The notes beneath the pieces were generated by a model, which saw only the letters and a list, made by a program, of their open reading frames with translations, ran no database searches and had not been told where the DNA came from. Shown here piece by piece: positions 56,391 to 64,000 of a stretch of 64,000 nucleotides of DNA (positions are counted from its first letter, which is position 1; every line of letters starts with the position of its first letter). The DNA comes from Octopus vulgaris (lineage: Eukaryota): assembly GCA_951406725.2 (NCBI GenBank), contig OX597815.1:99944001-100008000 (forward strand), given 5' to 3'. Both the position numbers and the translations under genes were made by a program.

Positions 56391-56863
56391 GAATTCTGCA
56401 TATTTCGAATACATTGATCTTAAATTGTTTTCATTTTGTCCAGGAACATTGACACACTTAGAATTTTGGCACCCTAGCTCTCTAGGAGAAAGTTCAAATT
56501 GCGCTTCATAAAAATGTTTTTACATTTTTATTTTATTTTTGCAATTTTATATTGTTTTTACATTTTTCATATCATTTCCTATTTTGTTTTTGCATTATTT
56601 CCTGTGAAATCATGCATGTGCCGTATAAGCTTTTTGTGACAACAACATTCAATGTGTAGGTATATATTTCAATCGTAAGTCGAAATTCGGGCTTCTTAGA
56701 ATCATAACAAAACCGTGCACCTTTCATCATTTTAATCAAGTCGCATATCCGCAATAAGGAAATACCTCCGTAGTACATAGCAAATATTTTTATAGTAAAT
56801 GCCATCATAAAACGTGGGCACACTGGGCAGTTGACCAACAGGGCTCAATATTGTGATACATAA

Positions 56864-57071
56864 TACCGCGGTGGTGATGAAAAGTTCCTGGCTTTGAGTA
56901 AAAATACCTTAATTATGATTTTATTCCGCATATTCCTCTCTCAGGTTCACACACTTATTGCAGCGGTCTTTCAGTTTGTCTTAGTCCTGTAAGAGAACTC
57001 TGAAGGTTGGGCCTCCAACCAGGCCTTTCACGACACCCTCAAAGCCATGAACTTTTCAGCACCCCCTCGTA
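56864..57071 (-). mobile_element. Mariner-derived MITE (second copy)
   Basis: TIR rc TACGAGGGGGTGCTGAAAAGTTCATGGCTTTG; body is the reverse complement of 23221-23442. Confidence 0.82.
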
Positions 57072-57468
57072 CGTATGTTGTGACTTTGCTGTCAATAAAT
57101 TCAAGAAAGGACCACAGTGCACTGCTTTGCCTGAGGTCCTGTGATTCTGTTAAGACGACCTCTAGGATAAGTAAGTGTAATCGTAATACTCTTGTCGCCT
57201 GCTTGGTTTCGTCATTCATAGAAGTATTATCAGTGCCTAATGAGGCAAGGAGGTGGTAGGGGCATATGCCTTGTTATTCTATTGTATGTCTTCTTCGATA
57301 TGAGAGATGGTGACATAGAAACACTACATCCGTAATTTTAGCTCGAACGATCAGATTATCACTATTTTGTTTGACTTCACTATTACAACTATCAACTACG
57401 CACGTACGTATATAGATAGATATACACATACAGGTGTATATGTATATGCATATGTGTATATATATATA

Positions 57469-57649
57469 CGGCCATGCTGGAGCACCGCCTTAAAGGCTAT
57501 TAGTCGAAGAAATCAACCCCAAGGCTTATTCGCTGTAAACCTAGTATTTATTCTATCGGGCTCTTATGTCGAACCGCTAAGTTAAGGGGACATACACCCA
57601 CATCGGTAGTCAGTCGATGGGGATGGAAGACAAACACACACACACTCCC

Positions 57650-57727
<78 letters not shown>

Positions 57728-57876
57728 GACGATCTTCTTCCAGTTTCCGTCAACCAAATCCACTCTTAGGCTTTTGGCCGGCTTCATGCTTTCCCGAAGA
57801 TGTCATGCAGTGGAACTGAACCCGGAACCATATGGTTAGGAAGCAAGCTTCTCACCACACAACCATGCCTGCGCCT
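57469..57876 (-). mobile_element. SINE family C with expanded internal (TA)n
   Basis: Reverse complement matches the family C head and tail. Confidence 0.85.
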
Positions 57877-58086
57877 ATGAAATGTGTGTGTGTGTGTGTG
57901 TGTGTGTAGTGGGTCTGAAATATATGATATTTGGAATCTAATGTTTGAAGTGCAGGATCTAGGCGGTAAAAAGTGTGATATGTAGGAGCGGAGGAGTGTA
58001 CAACATAAGCAAGAACGCCTGGAGTCAGATATGTGAGACTTATGCAGCCTGAGAAGGACGATAATCCGTAGCTCTAGGATCTCAAT

Positions 58087-58331
<245 letters not shown>

Positions 58332-59766
58332 AAGAAGAAGTTATATTAATGAGCGACTAAATGGACAAAAGACTTAGTTTATTATAAACACATGGTAAAT
58401 ACTTGGTTCGTGTGGTGATACGGTGATGAAACTGGAGAGAAAACGAGAAGTTTGAAGTGAAGTTATTGTAACAATCTCACAAATGTTCGGGGTCTATTTT
58501 TAGTAAACAATGACACAATTGTTATTTCGGAATGAAAATTAGTAATAGCAACAGCAATAACACTAACAACAACAACAACAACAATAGTAATGATAACAAT
58601 AGCAACATTAACAATAATAACATTTTATTTATTTAATAAATAATAATAATGATAATAATAATTTATAATCAGAAAGTGAATGATGATGATAATATTTAAT
58701 AATGATAATAATATACAAATACTCAACAAAAAATATTCCTTTCCAAAAATTATTGAATAAAAATATTCTCAAGAAAATAAAAATAAAAAGAATTCCATTT
58801 AATTAAGTCATGTGGTAATTAGTAGAATTAGTGAATGACTTAATTAACGAAATAAATTATTATCATCGATTGCAATTAGTGTGAAATAGCGATGAGTGCT
58901 TTTATTATCGATTCTGACGTCTAAAGTGATGATTAAGGCTTTTCTATTGTATAGTTACACCACCTACACCGTTTCTGCTATGGTGGCCACCACCACCAAA
59001 ACTACCACTACCAACACCACCAGCATATTCGTTAGCTCCATCATACCCACCACCCTTCAATACTACATTTAGCAGCTTTATCGACTCCTTCACCGTCACT
59101 ACCAACATAAATATCACCATAAGCCAATGCCACCTTGATCTCTAACGCCAGCATAGACCATAAGTATTACCACCCTCACCATCCTCACCGCCATCATCGA
59201 TATTATCTCATTATCATCACTACTAGCGTCAACACAACAATGAAGCCTGCTAGAAATAGTAACCGAATCTCCCTCAAATCATTCCCTACTGTATTAAAAA
59301 AGAAGAACGCATTGAATAATGCAGTCCTATTAGATGTACTATACTTAACGAATATGGCGGGATGGTTCAATTTGGAAATACTATTGATCTTTTATCGGCT
59401 CTGTTAGAGATGCCTTGGGCTAAACAACAATAACAACGACAGCTGTTTTCACCACCACTGCTAATACTACCCCCACCACAACACAACACCTCCCCTTATA
59501 ACACTGTTACCATTACTCTACCATACTTCACCACCAGCATCACCAACTGGCGCCATAAACTATTGTAACCTGCCATTATCATCACCAGCATCGACATCAG
59601 CAATATTTTCTATCACCATCATTATCATAGCCGTCGTCGTCATCATCATCATCACCATCGCCATCACCACTATCATCATCATCAGTATCCTTACAATCCT
59701 AATCAGTAGTGTTATCATTATCATCATTATCACTAATATTTTGATCGTCGTCATCCCTATTATTAC

Positions 59767-59835
<69 letters not shown>

Positions 59836-60410
59836 CACCATCATCATCATCATCAGCATCATCATCATCATCAGTATTGTTGTGACCATCATCATCATTG
59901 TTTTTCGTTACCGATAACATCACTGTCGTCAGCGTCGCCACCCTTACCGTTATCGACACCATCATAATTATCATCATCGCCATCGTCCACATCATCTTTT
60001 CTACAACCACCATACACCCGCGCCGCCAACACCATCACCGCAATAACTATCATTTTCATAATCATCACCATCATCACCATAACAACCATCACCACCATCA
60101 ACATCACCATTATCATCAGCATCATCCCCACTTTCATCATCATCATCATCATCACCATCATAATCAACATCGTCATTATCACGACCGTCCTCTCTATAAT
60201 CACCACGCGCTTTCACTGTCAATTGTAATGTGAGATAATATAAACCAGAAAGTGTTCGACACTTGTTTATATTATTGTTGTAACTGAAGAAATGGCTTAA
60301 TCAGGTGTTTTATAAAATAGACATTAACAATTGAAATATACCTCTCTCTTTCCTTCTCTCTCCTCCCTCTCGCTCTCTCATTCATTTTCTCTCTCTCAGT
60401 TTCTTTGCGA

Positions 60411-60498
<88 letters not shown>

Positions 60499-60821
60499 AC
60501 ATATGTATACACATATATACATATATACATATGCCTATGTAAATATATATATATATACGCATATATGTATATAACCATGTGTATATGTATATGTGTGTGC
60601 ACGCGTGTATATGTATATGTGTATGCACGCGTGTATATATATATATATATATAGACACGCATATACACAAATATATATTAATACGTATTTATATGCATAC
60701 AAACATTTACAAAAGCAATCAAATCTATAATATTCATAAATAAACATCAAGGAAACATACACACACACACACACACGTATATACATGCACATATAAATAT
60801 AAATGTGTGTTTATATGTGTG

Positions 60822-60884
<63 letters not shown>

Positions 60885-61390
60885 GTGCGTATGTGTGTGC
60901 GTGTTTGTGCGAGTATGGATGTGCATGTGAATGAATATGTATACGCATGCTCATATATTTACATGTCCATATTGATAAATACATGTCCTCCTTGCGTGTC
61001 CAAAACAAAAGCTTTCTCTTCATTAAAAGAACTCAGCCAATCAACGCTGGTTGTGGAATGGATGGATGATATTAAAACTGAAAACTTTGGGCGGTGGAGA
61101 AGCACGGGCGAGAGGGAGTGGTGGGAGTGGATCCTGATAACAGACGCTGTGATTACTCTTCTAATGATAATTAGAATTGGTGGTGGCGATAGGGTGGGGT
61201 GAGAGCGGTTGTTAAATCAACAACAACAGCAATAATAATAGTAAGAATAGTAATAACAACTACAATAACAGTACCAATAAGAGCATTCAACAAACCAAAG
61301 ACAATGCTATACTAAAACAATAAACAACACTAAAAATAACAATCGTAATAATGATAACGACAACAACAACAACAACAATAACAATAATAC

Positions 61391-61469
<79 letters not shown>

Positions 61470-61850
61470 TAGCTACTTACTAATTGATCCGGCATGTCCA
61501 TTTGATTCCAGGATTGTAAAGAAAGATGATAAATTTAAAATTTTTTAAATACAATCCCCTTAAAGTTTGAAATTGCTAGAATTTAAAATATGAAAACTGT
61601 AAAGGTTGTGCCCGGAATAATTGGTGCATTGAGGACTGCGAGTACTGATATAGACAAATGGTTAGAGGAGGTTGGAATGGAATGTCGTGTAGAGTTTCTC
61701 TAAGATGTTTACCGTTTTCGAACAAGAATGATTATCAGAAGGGTTTTGAGCACTTGAATAATTATTGAAAGCTTGTGGATATTTAAGGTTACAGGTAGTA
61801 AACTGCTACAAGCATAAATTCTATCTGGAATGAAACCAGACCTGAATCAA
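61470..61850 (+). mobile_element. RLE-type (R4/Dong-like) LINE 3' fragment after (AAT)n
   Basis: LLIDPACPFD..I, then LKFEIARI and VKVVPGIIGAL (restriction-like endonuclease end). Confidence 0.72.
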
Positions 61851-61859
61851 TTCGAATAG

Positions 61860-62900
61860 CGTCGATTTGATGGACATGTGCTGCAACGGGAGTGCATCAA
61901 CAGTGAAAGAAGAAATATGGCATAATATTTGGTAAAACAGTAAACAAGACCTGCTACAGTATGCTGCTAATGCCGAAGGATTCAACAAAAATGAACTTGA
62001 GAGTGTTCATGAATTCCGATCACGAACAGCCAACGAGAGAGAAGAAACCCTACTCCGCATGGATTTACATGGTCAGTACCACCGTGAAACTAATAACTTA
62101 AGAGACCAGGAAACATCATGGAGGTGGATCAGCAAGGGTGACCTAAAACGAGAATACCGAAAGCTTAATCATCGCTGCTTAGGATCAGGCATTGAATACC
62201 AACTCAGTAAGGGATATATACCACACAAGTGCAACGAACCTCTGTAGAATATGTGGGAAGAGCGTGACTCACCTTGTTAGTGCTTGTGAAAGTCTTGCAC
62301 AGAATGAGCACAAGCGCAGACACGACAAGTAGCCAAAAACCTTCACTGGCTACTATACCTGAAATATGGATACGAGGTAACACTGCTTGGTACCGACATA
62401 TATCGGAAAAGATAATTGACGGAAAGGAGAAAGCAAAAGTCTTCTGGGACTTTGACTTCCAGAAAGGGAATTTGTTAGAGCACTGAAGGCCGAATATAGT
62501 CACCTTTAGGAGGGACAAGCAAGAATGCTTAATAATTGACATGGCAGTGCCAGGAGATCAACATATCATGAAAGAAAGAGAAAAGGTTGATAAATATGAA
62601 AACCTGAGAATCGAGATTGCTAAGATGTGGCAGCTGCGAGAGTCAGACATAAAGCTTATTTCTATTGTCATCGGAGTACTGGATTCAATACCACCCAATC
62701 TGAAAAAAACATCTGAAAATTTTATCCTACAATCTAGGTCTATTGCAAAAGTCGGCATTACTTAAAAAACATGCATATCGCGTAAAGTACTGTCTGAGGT
62801 CCTTGTTGTGACTTGACCAAGAGTACAAACCCCCGGTAGACACAATATCTTCAATCAACATCACGTTATTGTATACTGTGCGACGTCTACTAAAATAATA
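61860..62900 (+). mobile_element. RLE-type (R4/Dong-like) LINE C-terminal fragment with (TAA)n tail
   Basis: LHGQY, SWRWISKGDLKRE, VFWDFDFQ, RPNIV, IIDMAVPGD and EKVDKYENLRIEIAKMW. Confidence 0.85.
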
Positions 62901-62920
62901 ATAATAATAATATTGATAAT

Positions 62921-63476
62921 AAATGCCCTGGTGCGATACCAGGCGGTAGCTTTCATGGTTTCTAATATCAACTGATTGGAAGTGTTATCATGTATATTGT
63001 TTTGTCTTGGTATAAAAGTTGGGCTACACCAAATATTCTGCTCAATACCACAGATTTGCTTGTCAGTTGTTTGACGTTAACCAGTTGAGCATGTCCCTTA
63101 GTGGCTGACGATGTGTGCATCTCTATCATGAGCAGGAGTAGTGGGAGTGCATCATAGTCATGTGTTGAGAGGAATTCTTTGGTTTGGATAATTCACCTTT
63201 GGAAACATGGGTGTTTCGTTCAACATTTTTAAACAACCCTTATTCAGGGACCTTTTGAGCGGGATGGACTACTCAACATGAAAAAAATTCTAATTGGGCC
63301 CTACTTGCAAGATCATGTGCTGTTAATCTTGATATGAAATCACCATGTCACGCACATATGGTTGTGTGGCATGTGCCTGGTGTACCCTTATCAGACGGGT
63401 CGTCGAGATGGGTATACTGGACTTCGTATACTTTGCCTCAGTATCACTTTGATGGTATGCACTGCTCTCTTACTCC

Positions 63477-63478
<2 letters not shown>
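62921..63478 (+). mobile_element. Probable non-coding interspersed element between (TAA)n tracts
   Basis: Complex block with sharp (TAA)n boundaries on both sides; single copy in this window, so family status is inferred. Confidence 0.5.
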
Positions 63479-63515
<37 letters not shown>

Positions 63516-63660
63516 GCAATAACAATGTGGATGAGGATGCTAATTATAATGATATTAATGCTAAATTATGATGAGGAAAATCATAATTATATTTATAATA
63601 ATACTGATAACAGTATTATTGTAATGATTATAACAATACTGATAACAATGATATTAATTC

Positions 63661-63691
<31 letters not shown>

Positions 63692-63759
63692 GGTGGTGGT
63701 GGTGGTGGTGGTGGTGGTGGTGGTGGTAGTGATGATGGATGGGATAAGGATGATATGAT

Positions 63760-64000
63760 TGACCATGATGAATAATCATGGTATAATGGGGCAACAATAG
63801 TATCTTGGAAGAAGCATTAATTACAAAAGATAGACCGGAGAACACGTAAATTAGTGAGAACGAACAAGGAACTACACTCCAAGAGTGATGTGTCAAGATT
63901 GTATGTAAAGAGAAAAGAAGGAGGACGGGGATTGGTGCATTGTGAAGGTTGTGTAAGGGAAGAGGAGAATAGCCTGACTTAGAATGTCAAGGGGACTAAA
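63760..64000 (+). mobile_element. RLE-type LINE fragment running off the window
   Basis: DRRTRKL and RLYVKRKEGGRGLVHCEGCVREEENSL. Confidence 0.75.

Overview
AT-rich, microsatellite-saturated eukaryotic DNA. The SINE families look like those of octopus (coleoid cephalopod); this is inferred from repeat content only. I cannot support any host protein-coding gene, and almost all ORF-track entries are translated microsatellites. The window is a mosaic of retroelement and transposon debris: Tx1/L1-like, RTE, CR1-group and R4/Dong-like (RLE) LINE fragments, a deleted mariner with two MITEs, and several tRNA-headed SINE families. The main signal the ORF track does not show is about 20 hammerhead-ribozyme (HHR) motifs, intact, variant or decayed, from many unrelated sequence families. 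Most are minimal type-I motifs with a palindromic helix III, sitting in (TA)n tracts and inside fold-back inverted repeats. The best candidate for something new is a TSD-bounded Penelope-like (GIY-YIG) insertion whose 3' region contains a tRNA-like Pol III head followed by an intact HHR. A separate TSD-bounded short copy starts at that tRNA head and has a Penelope-style inverted end, suggesting a Penelope-mobilised, ribozyme-bearing SINE. Also notable are a Tx1-like LINE embedded in (GATA)n and a SINE family carrying that LINE's 3' tail. All coordinates and alignments were read by eye.
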